11,355 nt of DNA from Pseudomonadota bacterium (lineage in GTDB: Bacteria; Bdellovibrionota_B; Oligoflexia; Oligoflexales; RGVZ01). Shown here piece after piece: positions 1 to 7,487 of this stretch. The first letter of the stretch is position 1, and every line of letters starts with the position of its first letter. Both the position numbers and the translations under genes were made by a program. Below the pieces are notes generated by a model that worked only from the letters and a program-made list of their open reading frames with translations, made no database searches and had not been told where the DNA came from. Location of the stretch: assembly GCA_041178085.1 (NCBI GenBank), contig JBEGVZ010000071.1, positions 1 to 11,355 of the forward strand. Direction: 5' to 3'.

Positions 1-210
1 AAGCAGAAGGTTGTCGATGGAGCCACCAAGGCGGGTCCGGCCAAGGACTACGCCCCGACGGGAGCCATCGCCCACACCAAACTCGTTGGTGGCGGTGAAT
101 CCGATACGATCACGTTCAAGACAGACAAGCTGAAGAAGGGCGGCGACTACACCTTCTTCTGCACTTTCCCGGGTCACGTTGCTCTTATGAGCGGCAAGTT
201 CAAGTTCTGA
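1..210 (+). CDS. azu: Azurin (type 1 blue copper protein), C-terminal part; gene begins upstream of the window
   Basis: Frame 1 reads ...[48 protein letters not shown]. This matches the azurin AHTKL.G.GE and [10 protein letters not shown] motifs, with the Cys, His and Met copper ligands. Not in the ORF track because it is truncated. Confidence 0.93.
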   Translation, partial: KQKVVDGATKAGPAKDYAPTGAIAHTKLVGGGESDTITFKTDKLKKGGDYTFFCTFPGHVALMSGKFKF

Positions 211-220
211 TCCCTGCAAA

Positions 221-270
221 ACCGGGGGCGCTTCTCTCGCTCCCGGTGCCTTTCTTTCTTTTTATTTTTG
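221..270 (+). terminator. Rho-independent terminator after azurin
   Basis: 10-bp stem ACCGGGGGCG (221-230) / CGCTCCCGGT (238-247) with one G-U pair and a 7-nt loop, followed by a long T-rich tract (251-269). Confidence 0.8.
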
Positions 271-288
271 CAAAAAAAATAAGATCGT

Positions 289-315
289 TGTCTGATAACA
301 TCAGGTTATGAGACA
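289..315. promoter_or_regulatory. Imperfect inverted repeat, possible operator upstream of the S8 protease
   Basis: TGTCTGATAAC-N5-GTTATGAGACA; arms complementary at 10 of 11 positions; AT-rich intergenic context. Confidence 0.35.
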
Positions 316-497
316 GTAGGAAGTTTTTTCCCACCCCGTCTACCCACCCGGCAAAATCTTCAGTACACTTGTTAGCTATATCGAGATCACGAGCATTTTG
401 AGTTTTGAGTCCAGGAACGCCTTCTTAGGGTCTGCGGAACAGGATTTTCCCGTGCCTTTTGGGGGTTGAACGAAGCCCGTTGTGACAAGGAGTGTTT

Positions 498-2003
498 ATG
501 CAGCGCCGCGTCGGTTTATGGGTCTCTGGTCTTTTGCTGTTCGCATCCCCGGCTCTCGCCAAGGACTACGTCGTCAAGTACAAGCAGGGCGGCAATAAGT
601 CCCTGATGTCTGCGTACCGTGTCCTTGACAGTCACGACAAGGGTCGCCTGATCAAGATCTCTATCAATGAGAAGAGTCAGGAAGCCGAAGCCGCGCGTTT
701 GACCCGGCTCATGCGGGATCCTAACGTCGAGTACGTCGTAGAGAACTTCCGCCTTCACCGCTTTGAGGCCCCGGCCAGTGCTGAAGCCCTGCGTGAGCAG
801 TGGGCTCTCGCCAAGGTCAACGCTGAGCGCGCATGGCAGCTCACCGGCAACAAGGGTTCACGCAATATCAAAGTTGCCGTGATCGATACCGGTATTGATT
901 ACAACCATGAGTCGCTCAAGGCGAACATGATCAAGGGCTACAACTTCCGTGACAACAACGACGATCCGATGGACAAGACCAGCGACAAGAACCCGGGCCA
1001 CGGGACGCACTGCGCAGGTATCATTGGTTCCACCGGTAAAGTTGAGAACGGCACCTCCGGCCTGGCTCAGGATGTCAGCCTGATGCCTGTCCGTTTCCTT
1101 GGTGAAGACGGCTCAGGTGATCTGATGGGCGGCATCAAGTCGATCGACTACGCGATTGAGCAGGGTGCTCAGGTGATCTCTGCCAGCTGGGGCGCAACGG
1201 TTCCCCGCTCGCAAGCCACCCCGCTGATCGAAGCGGTCGAGCGTGCTGACAAGGCTGGCGTGATCTTCGTTGCTGCAGCCGCCAACGATGGCCGCAACAA
1301 TGACCAGACGGATGTGTTCCCGGCCAACGCAGGCTTCCCGAACACCATAACCGTGGCTGCCTCTGGGCCGCAGGATGAAAAGCCAAGCTGGTCGAACTAC
1401 GGCCGCAAGTCGGTTCACGTTGCTTCGCCTGGCCTCAAGATCATGAGCACGCTGCCAAGCCAGAAGTACGGTGAGCTCTCTGGTACCTCAATGGCAACTC
1501 CGCTCGTTTCCGGGCTGGTTGCTTTCCTGAAGGCCCAGGACGCATCGCTGACTGGCGCTGAAGTTCGCGCGCTTCTGCAAACCACGGGTGCCAAGGTTTC
1601 GATTGAAACTGCCTGTGATTGCCGTATCGATGCCGGCGCTGCAACTGAGTCTCTCCTGAACAAGGCTCCGTTCCTTGTTCCGGCTGCTGCTACAGTCGCC
1701 CCGGGTGAGACCCTGGCAATGAAAATGAAGAACGCAGACGGTGCCGTGAAGTTCACGTCATCCAATGCTGGCGTCGCCACAATTGACGACAGTGGTAGCC
1801 TCAAGGCAGTTGCCACAGGTGAAACGACGATCTCTGCAACGGATTCCAAAGGCCGCACGGTCAACTCCCTGACCATCGCAGTCAAGGAATCAAGCGGCGG
1901 CGGCGGCGGTGGTGGTGGCGGCGGCTCAGAGTGCCCGCTTCCGGATCCCAACATGTGCCAGATCATGTGCCTGCTCGATCCCACGCTGCCCTGGTGCCAG
2001 TGA
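498..2003 (+). CDS. Secreted S8 family (subtilisin-like) serine peptidase with propeptide, C-terminal Ig-like (Big_2-type) domain and poly-Gly/Cys-rich tail
   Basis: Signal peptide ending ...ASPALA. Catalytic triad motifs VAVIDTG, HGTHCAG and GTSMATP, plus oxyanion-hole AAAAND. FTSSNAGVATIDDSGSLKAVATGETTISAT is Big_2-like. ATG at 498 is preferred over GTG at 492 because the SD AAGGAG lies at 487-492. Confidence 0.95.
   Translation: MQRRVGLWVSGLLLFASPALAKDYVVKYKQGGNKSLMSAYRVLDSHDKGRLIKISINEKSQEAEAARLTRLMRDPNVEYVVENFRLHRFEAPASAEALREQWALAKVNAERAWQLTGNKGSRNIKVAVIDTGIDYNHESLKANMIKGYNFRDNNDDPMDKTSDKNPGHGTHCAGIIGSTGKVENGTSGLAQDVSLMPVRFLGEDGSGDLMGGIKSIDYAIEQGAQVISASWGATVPRSQATPLIEAVERADKAGVIFVAAAANDGRNNDQTDVFPANAGFPNTITVAASGPQDEKPSWSNYGRKSVHVASPGLKIMSTLPSQKYGELSGTSMATPLVSGLVAFLKAQDASLTGAEVRALLQTTGAKVSIETACDCRIDAGAATESLLNKAPFLVPAAATVAPGETLAMKMKNADGAVKFTSSNAGVATIDDSGSLKAVATGETTISATDSKGRTVNSLTIAVKESSGGGGGGGGGGSECPLPDPNMCQIMCLLDPTLPWCQ
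1896..1925 (+). repeat. GGC/GGT trinucleotide run encoding a 10-Gly linker
   Basis: (GGC)4(GGT)3(GGC)3 in frame within the S8 peptidase gene. Confidence 0.9.
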
Positions 2004-2024
2004 TTGCAGTGTGTGAAGAATGAT

Positions 2025-2061
2025 GCGAAGGCCGCACTTGATGTGCGGCCTTTCGCTTTCT
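2025..2061 (+). terminator. Probable Rho-independent terminator after the S8 peptidase
   Basis: GCGAAGGCCGCAC-TTGAT-GTGCGGCCTTTCGC hairpin followed by TTTCT, 21 nt after the stop codon. Confidence 0.75.
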
Positions 2062-2096
2062 GGGCCTGACCGGTTTCCTAAACAGGGGTTGAACCA

Positions 2097-3176
2097 ATGA
2101 CGGTGCGGTTGTTTGCAGTGGCATGTTATCTGGGGTTCGTTTCTGCTTTTTTATCGCTGCAGGCCCATGCCGCCTCACTGCCGGCGGTCGACCAGATCAT
2201 GGCCGGCTACGACCGAGGTGGATCTCCCGGTGCAGCCGTGGTGGTGGCTAAGAGCGGCCAGATCCTGCACATGAAGGGTTATGGCAGCGCGGATCTTGAG
2301 GGCGTGATTCCGGCGACAGAACTCACTTCCTTTCGACTGGCCTCCGTGAGCAAGCAGTTTATTGCGATGGGCATTGCCATGTTGAGGGAAGATGGGCAGT
2401 TGTCTCTTGATGACAACATCAAGGCAATTTTCCCCGAATTCCCCGTCTATGGTCGTCAGATCAAAGTCCGGCATCTCATTCATCACATTTCAGGTCTGGT
2501 GGATTACGAAGATTTGATTCCGTCGGGCCAAACCGCCCAGTTGTCAGATCATGATGTGTTGCAACTCTATGTTTCCAAAACACGTGCAACCCGTTTCAAA
2601 CCCGGGTCACAGTATTCCTACAGCAATGGTGGCTATGTTTTGCTTGGCCTCGTGATTGAGCGGGTCAGCGGTCAGTCGCTGGATATTTTCTTGCGAGAAC
2701 GGATTTTTTCCCGCCTTGGGATGTCGAGCGAAATGTATCAGGGCGAAAGCTCGCCGATTGTCGACCGCGCATACGGGTATAGCCAGGCGGGGGGTGGTTG
2801 GCGCCGGACCGATCAAAGTGTGACGAGCGCCACCCGGGGAGATGGTGGAATCTACGCGTCCATCAGGGATCTCTTTTTGTGGGATCGCGCGTTGCAGCCA
2901 GGGACTCCAGATCCCCTGGTCGGAGATGCGATCCTGGCGGAAATCTTCAAGCCTGGTCGTCTGGACAGTGGAGAAGGCTGTGGATATGGATTTGGCTGGC
3001 AGATCGACACGTGGCGGGGACTACCCCGTGAAAGCCATACCGGAAGCACGATTGGCTTTCGCACAGCGATCCAACGTTATCCCTCCAGGAAACTGATGAT
3101 AGCTGTGTTGACCAACCGCAACGGGGGAAGCCCCTGGTCGCTTGCAGAGCAGATCGCTGATATCCTGGCAGAATGA
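2097..3176 (+). CDS. Secreted serine hydrolase, class C beta-lactamase / D-Ala-D-Ala carboxypeptidase-like family
   Basis: Signal peptide ending ...LQAHA. Motifs SxxK (ASVSKQF), YxN (YSYSNGGY), HTG (SHTGSTIGF), LIHHISGL and YGFGW. Confidence 0.92.
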   Translation: MTVRLFAVACYLGFVSAFLSLQAHAASLPAVDQIMAGYDRGGSPGAAVVVAKSGQILHMKGYGSADLEGVIPATELTSFRLASVSKQFIAMGIAMLREDGQLSLDDNIKAIFPEFPVYGRQIKVRHLIHHISGLVDYEDLIPSGQTAQLSDHDVLQLYVSKTRATRFKPGSQYSYSNGGYVLLGLVIERVSGQSLDIFLRERIFSRLGMSSEMYQGESSPIVDRAYGYSQAGGGWRRTDQSVTSATRGDGGIYASIRDLFLWDRALQPGTPDPLVGDAILAEIFKPGRLDSGEGCGYGFGWQIDTWRGLPRESHTGSTIGFRTAIQRYPSRKLMIAVLTNRNGGSPWSLAEQIADILAE

Positions 3177-3219
3177 CCGCCCGACCGTTAGCACCATTTA
3201 AAGTTATGTCGAGCGGATT

Positions 3220-3750
3220 TTATTCCGGCTCGACCACATCAAGCTGGATACACGCAGGCGAAGACTGGAACCCGTTGCAATACAATTGTTCCAGGGCCTG
3301 GGACTGGGACGTGCCATAGGACCAGTTTGTCGTGGTCTGCGGTACCTCTCCATTCAAGGTTGTGCAGGTGATCTGGCATCGCCATACCTCGTCAAAAGCC
3401 GTCACGGGAACCATCGTTGCTCCACGCGGCCTGACGGTGACAAAAACACGGCGCGGCGGTCGGGTGCAGTTTGAAGTGCGGATCCGGGTCAGAAGGCCGA
3501 CTTCGAATGATTTGCTGTCGATTGCCTCGGACAGCACGTCGACGAATTCCTGGTTGCAGGCTTCATCGAAGTAAAGGCGCACGTTGCCAAAGTTGCCGGG
3601 GGCGGTCCCGGCGATGGGTGCCATCTGATAAAAGCTCGCTGTATGCTCGAGGGCTGTGGCACCTGCGGTACGGTCTTCCCCGGCGAAAGAATTTGTAGCG
3701 AAACACAGGGTCATGGCCGCGAACACGGCTTTTGCGCTGGATAGTGTCAT
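3220..3750 (-). CDS. Hypothetical secreted protein (176 aa), six Cys in the mature part
   Basis: Start MTLSSAKAVFAAMTLCFATNSFA has the SD GGAGGA just upstream and looks like a Sec signal peptide. The longer ORF-track start (3957) overlaps the divergent gene and is unlikely. Confidence 0.75.
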   Translation of the reverse strand: MTLSSAKAVFAAMTLCFATNSFAGEDRTAGATALEHTASFYQMAPIAGTAPGNFGNVRLYFDEACNQEFVDVLSEAIDSKSFEVGLLTRIRTSNCTRPPRRVFVTVRPRGATMVPVTAFDEVWRCQITCTTLNGEVPQTTTNWSYGTSQSQALEQLYCNGFQSSPACIQLDVVEPE

Positions 3751-3874
3751 TTCTTTCCTCCGGGGTATTTCCTGAATGTTAACATCCCCACCATTGTTTG
3801 AAACGCCTGAAGTGCATCTCTGGCGGGGACTACGCCCTTTTGTTAAATTGGAATCATTCACCAGAGGACCAACC

Positions 3875-4747
3875 ATGCATACCCATAAAGCTTTTTTCTC
3901 CGTGGGGCTGGCCTTCCTCAGCGTTTTGGGTGCGTGCCGCACGACGAAATTTGGCACTCAGGAGGGTCTTCAGCGGCCCGTCATGCAGCCTGTTCCCGGG
4001 AATGCGTGGCCAACCCCATCAGCGTCGCCCTTGCCTTCTGGTTCCCCGGTCCCTTCGCCCTCATCCCTTCCGGATCCGCAGGACACCTTGACGAAGCTCG
4101 AGGTCAAGCCTGCCTCCCGCGTTATTGCGATTGGTGAGACTGGCGCCTATACGGCTCAAGCAACCTACACTGTTTCCGGCACACGTGACGTGACCGCAAC
4201 TGCGGTTTGGGCTTCACGTAACTCCGGCGTGGTTGTCTCGAAAGGGGGAGGTGGGTTTCAGGGTGCTGCAGCGGGAACAGCCCAGGTCGTTGCAACCCTG
4301 GACGGTCAGTCCGCATCAGCAAATGCATCCGTACCGGCTGGGGTTTCTGCCCTTAAAGTTGGTGTGAATTTCGAGGATCGCCCCTTTTCCGGGGACAAGG
4401 ATTTCAACGATGCCGTGCTTTGCTTTACGGGTAAGGTTGCAGTGGCCGCGAATGCCGTGACTTCCCTGGCCGACCAGACGATTGTGGGAGTTGTCACGCG
4501 GATCAGCGGTTGCGATCACGACATGGTTATCAGCTTGAGTGGCCCCGGCGCATACGCCTGGTCTTCGGGCTCCTTCCGGACATCAACCCAGCCGCGTTTC
4601 AATATCCCTTTCAAGGCCGGATCAGTCCTGAATATCCAGTATAAACCGCTGGGCAATTGCCGGGACAATAACGGCATCTGGGTCGGAATGTACAACAAGG
4701 ACTGGTCGAAGTTGCTTCCCAACCAGTGCAACACAACGGGGCGCTGA
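3875..4747 (+). CDS. Lipoprotein A: Pro/Ser-rich linker, Big_2-like Ig domain, C-terminal domain with acidic FED...GDxDFND motif (DUF4114/LruC-like motif)
   Basis: SD GAGGA at 3864-3868. MHTHKAFFSVGLAFLSVLGA|C lipobox; PTPSASPLPSGSPVPSPSS linker; ATYTVSGTRDVTATAVWASRNSGVV Ig-like signature; VGVNFEDRPFSGDKDFNDAVLCF. A paralogue at 7566-8525 confirms the reading frame. Confidence 0.85.
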   Translation: MHTHKAFFSVGLAFLSVLGACRTTKFGTQEGLQRPVMQPVPGNAWPTPSASPLPSGSPVPSPSSLPDPQDTLTKLEVKPASRVIAIGETGAYTAQATYTVSGTRDVTATAVWASRNSGVVVSKGGGGFQGAAAGTAQVVATLDGQSASANASVPAGVSALKVGVNFEDRPFSGDKDFNDAVLCFTGKVAVAANAVTSLADQTIVGVVTRISGCDHDMVISLSGPGAYAWSSGSFRTSTQPRFNIPFKAGSVLNIQYKPLGNCRDNNGIWVGMYNKDWSKLLPNQCNTTGR

Positions 4748-4752
4748 AGTTT

Positions 4753-5448
4753 TTAGCGCCCTGGTTGGATCAATCCAAGTCCGTGTTCGCATGGCATGAT
4801 CGTTGCCCCGGGCATCATGATGGTCCCGGGCGAAAGAACGGAATTGCACCCTGTCTGGGCGTTATCACCCATGACTGCCCCAAATTTGCGTAGTCCAGAG
4901 GCCACGGGTTTACCCGTGGTTGGGTGCCGGAAGCGGACCTCATTTCCTTTCAATTTCAAGTTTGCCAGTTTGGTGCCAGCACCCAGATTGACGTGGCGCC
5001 CAAGAAAGGAATCCCCGACGTAGGCAAAGTGGGCGGCTTTGGCTTCGTCCAGGAGCACACTGCCCTTGATCTCGCTCGTGTGGCCGACGACTGCCCGGGC
5101 GCCCACATAGACATTGCCGCGGACGTAAGCACAATGCCTGATCTCTGCTCCGGGACCGATGAAGCATGGACCCTGGACATACGCTCCCGGTTCGATGATG
5201 GCGTCGCGGCTGACATAGACCCGTCCCTCGATCACCGCTGAAGGATGCACGCCTTTACCTGCCTGGCCGTCTTTTTGGCCCTCAAAAACTGGGTTTGATT
5301 TAACTCCCAACCCGTCCAGGAGTTCCCCAAGCCATGCTTCCAGGTTTTTGCCCAGGTAACCGAGCACATCGGAATTTCTGAACTTGTCGGAATTGAAAAG
5401 ACCTTCGAGTTTGACAAGCAATTCAAGGGGAAGTTTTGGCTCGGTCAT
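4753..5448 (-). CDS. Stand-alone hexapeptide-repeat (left-handed beta-helix) protein resembling the GlmU acetyltransferase domain
   Basis: Hexapeptide repeats (VHPSAVIEGRVYV, IEPGAYVQGPCFIGPGAEI); GlmU-like HFAYVGDSFLGRHVNLGAGT; GLRKFGAVMGD. No N-terminal nucleotidyltransferase domain. Confidence 0.88.
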   Translation of the reverse strand: MTEPKLPLELLVKLEGLFNSDKFRNSDVLGYLGKNLEAWLGELLDGLGVKSNPVFEGQKDGQAGKGVHPSAVIEGRVYVSRDAIIEPGAYVQGPCFIGPGAEIRHCAYVRGNVYVGARAVVGHTSEIKGSVLLDEAKAAHFAYVGDSFLGRHVNLGAGTKLANLKLKGNEVRFRHPTTGKPVASGLRKFGAVMGDNAQTGCNSVLSPGTIMMPGATIMPCEHGLGLIQPGR

Positions 5449-5491
5449 CGTCTATTTCTCCGTCATCCGGGCTTGCCCGGCAGTTGTTGCC

Positions 5492-5518
5492 TAAAGGCTC
5501 GGTAGATTCTGCCGACCA
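5492..5518 (+). promoter_or_regulatory. Sigma-28 (FliA)-like promoter
   Basis: TAAA(G)-N15-GCCGACCA versus consensus TAAA-N15-GCCGATAA; correct orientation, 66 nt upstream of the ATG at 5585. Confidence 0.6.
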
Positions 5519-5584
5519 CTCAAAGGACGGTCTACAGGAAATGACCGTGGAATGCTGCGCCTCAGGACTGCAAGGAGCCTAGTG

Positions 5585-5812
5585 ATGTTTGATGCAAATG
5601 CGTTCAAGCGGGCGGTGAAGGAATGGATCCAAAAGAACCCGGACGGATCCATGGATGACCTCCGCGAATTCTGCGAGGAGCAGATCCCCTCGGCGCAGTA
5701 CGCTGCATGGCAATGGTTGATCGATCAGACGACGAGCTGGTACGGGCACGTCCTTCGCCAGCGTGATTCGATGCGTTCTTACGGTGCAGAGGACGAGGCC
5801 GACGTCGCCTGA
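5585..5812 (+). CDS. Small acidic, probably helical hypothetical protein (75 aa)
   Basis: SD AAGGAG at 5572-5577, 7 nt before ATG 5585. Protein-like amphipathic sequence FKRAVKEWIQKNPDGSMDDLREFCEEQIP. Fills the intergenic gap. Confidence 0.75.
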   Translation: MFDANAFKRAVKEWIQKNPDGSMDDLREFCEEQIPSAQYAAWQWLIDQTTSWYGHVLRQRDSMRSYGAEDEADVA

Positions 5813-5847
5813 GACAGGCGGCGCGGAGTCTTCCTCGCAAAGTTATA

Positions 5848-6156
5848 TCAACGCTTGCTCTTCGGACTCTCAGTTAGGGTCCGTACCCGCAGGAATTCGG
5901 TCTCGTCTATTTTATCCAAAGCTTCCATGTCTTCAAAGCCAAGGTCTTTGACCCAGTCGACATTCTGCATCTCTGGCAAAGGTGCAGCTACCTCGCGTCC
6001 GTCATCGGTTTCATAATATTCGTAGGCTTCGAAGATGAAGCCTTCACCGGACATCCGGTAGTAGTGGTACCCATCCCCGTTGACGAGGCAACCGTCACGG
6101 GAATCGCCGGTCCAATATTCACGCATGTAGATGAAAGAAGACTCGTTGGCAGCCAT
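5848..6156 (-). CDS. Acidic, aromatic-rich hypothetical protein (102 aa)
   Basis: Non-overlapping ORF downstream of lepB on the same strand; Tyr/Glu/Asp-rich, protein-like composition; no family recognised. Confidence 0.72.
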   Translation of the reverse strand: MAANESSFIYMREYWTGDSRDGCLVNGDGYHYYRMSGEGFIFEAYEYYETDDGREVAAPLPEMQNVDWVKDLGFEDMEALDKIDETEFLRVRTLTESPKSKR

Positions 6157-6218
6157 GGCAGCTCGGATTCGTCCCGTGGAAGAAACTGGATTTCGGTTTC
6201 TTCCATTATGACACGAAT

Positions 6219-7025
6219 TCAGCCGTTCAGTGAGTGTCCGAAACGGTCAAAGCGGAGTTTCCACCAGCCGCCTTCACGTGGGCTGAAGACACTCCAGATC
6301 ACGAACAGGGCCTTGCCCCTGACGTAGTCAAGCGGGACATCGCCCCAGATCCTGGAGTCGGAAGAACTGTCCCGGTTGTCGCCTATGACGAAGACAAATC
6401 CCTCGGGAACCCTGTGAGTGGTGCCGCTTGCCGGGAATGTGCTGATCGGGCGGAAGGCGGTAGGTTTGTTCTGCAACACCCAGTGGTCAAGGCCTTCAAG
6501 ATTCTCGCGGAACAGGTTTTTGATCGACTGGTCGTCGGCGATATCCTTGAGGATCTCACGGTCGTTGTTGTGATCAGTCAGTGATTGGGGCTTGCCATTG
6601 ATGAACAGGATGCCATCGATCACAGCGACCTCGTCGCCACCGACTGCAACCACTCGCTTCACGTAATCAATATCCGGATCGTTCGGAAACTTGAAAACGA
6701 TGATGTCACCGCGTTTGGGGGTGCCCCAACTGGCGACGACCCAGTCCGTAAAGGGGAACTTGAAGTTGTAGGCCAGTTTGAAGGCAAGCAACCGGTCGCC
6801 AACCTTGATGGTGGGCTCCATCGACGGGGTCGGTACGTGGTACGGGGAAGCGATTGACCAGCGAATCGCGAAGACCAGCAGGAAGAGAAAGGCAAGGGAC
6901 CTCAGGTTCTCGAAGGACCACGCCTTGTCGTTCTTCGCCGGGGCGGAGTTTGTTGCTCCGTCATGGCCAGATTGCGCGTCCTTATTCCCGTTCCCGCTTT
7001 TTTCCACAGTCGTGGCGTCGTTCAT
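6219..7025 (-). CDS. lepB: Signal peptidase I
   Basis: Single TM segment; catalytic Ser in VPTPSMEPT and Lys in DYVKRV; PKRGDIIVF and GDNRDSSSDSRIWG boxes; SD AAGGA upstream. Confidence 0.96.
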   Translation of the reverse strand: MNDATTVEKSGNGNKDAQSGHDGATNSAPAKNDKAWSFENLRSLAFLFLLVFAIRWSIASPYHVPTPSMEPTIKVGDRLLAFKLAYNFKFPFTDWVVASWGTPKRGDIIVFKFPNDPDIDYVKRVVAVGGDEVAVIDGILFINGKPQSLTDHNNDREILKDIADDQSIKNLFRENLEGLDHWVLQNKPTAFRPISTFPASGTTHRVPEGFVFVIGDNRDSSSDSRIWGDVPLDYVRGKALFVIWSVFSPREGGWWKLRFDRFGHSLNG

Positions 7026-7056
7026 TTGGTGTCCTTGGTAAGGGAGAAACCTCGGG

Positions 7057-7086
7057 AATCTAACGCATTTCCGCCCTGGGCCTCAA
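7057..7086 (-). promoter_or_regulatory. Possible sigma-70 promoter for lepB
   Basis: Minus strand TTGAGG-N18-TAGATT, about 30 nt upstream of the lepB start. Confidence 0.4.
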
Positions 7087-7109
7087 GCCCGTACATACAA
7101 TGCCGAATC
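7083..7109 (+). promoter_or_regulatory. Sigma-28 (FliA)-like promoter
   Basis: TCAA(G)-N15-GCCGAATC; ends 7 nt before the ATG at 7117. Confidence 0.55.
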
Positions 7110-7116
7110 CCAAGCC

Positions 7117-7413
7117 ATGTCCAAGAACCTGAAAATTCTTTTAATTCTTATCTGTCTCGGTGGCGCTGAGCCTGCTCTGGGACTGACTGCCAGCAAAGTG
7201 GCTTTTGAAGCCAGACCTGATGGAATATTCAGGGTTTACGTCACTTATACAGTCCCTGCGTTGAAGGAAGTCAAAGAGGCATTTGTCGAATTCAACCAAC
7301 GCAAAGAAGCGGAAGCCTACTATTACGACCTTCTCCGGGGTGCGGATTTTTATCTTAACGATCCCAGCCGCCGCGAATTCAAGACGGGCCCGCGCCAGCC
7401 GACCCCCTGGTGA
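7117..7413 (+). CDS. Small secreted hypothetical protein (98 aa)
   Basis: MSKNLKILLILICLGGAEPALG signal-peptide-like N-terminus; fills the gap divergent from lepB; no SD visible. Confidence 0.72.
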   Translation: MSKNLKILLILICLGGAEPALGLTASKVAFEARPDGIFRVYVTYTVPALKEVKEAFVEFNQRKEAEAYYYDLLRGADFYLNDPSRREFKTGPRQPTPW

Positions 7414-7487
7414 ACGATCCACCGATTTGACCTCACCGCTAACCATCGGTTAACGCTGATAAAAACAACAAAATTTTCATAATTCAC

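Noticed and set aside
1896..1925. Gly-codon run as a phase-variation tract
   Set aside because: Mixed GGC/GGT trinucleotides; slippage would keep the frame and only change linker length.
1415..1984. 189-aa minus-strand ORF with a poly-Pro run
   Set aside because: Antisense shadow of the S8 peptidase; the poly-Pro is the reverse complement of the Gly linker.
2097..3176. Antibiotic-resistance AmpC beta-lactamase
   Set aside because: The motifs (HTG rather than KTG) fit the broad serine hydrolase/carboxypeptidase family; there is no mobile context or ampR, so resistance cannot be claimed.
3821..3835. Sigma-54-like GG-N10-GC upstream of lipoprotein A
   Set aside because: Only the dinucleotide spacing fits; the flanking bases match TGGCACG-N4-TTGC poorly.
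3776..3957. Apparent head-to-head overlap of ORFs 3220-3957 (-) and 3776-4747 (+)
   Set aside because: Artefact of longest-ORF calling. SD sites and signal peptides place the starts at 3750 and 3875, with no overlap.
5467..5480. CCGGGC-TT-GCCCGG inverted repeat upstream of the LbH gene
   Set aside because: Short and GC-rich with a 2-nt loop and no U-tract; likely chance at this GC content.
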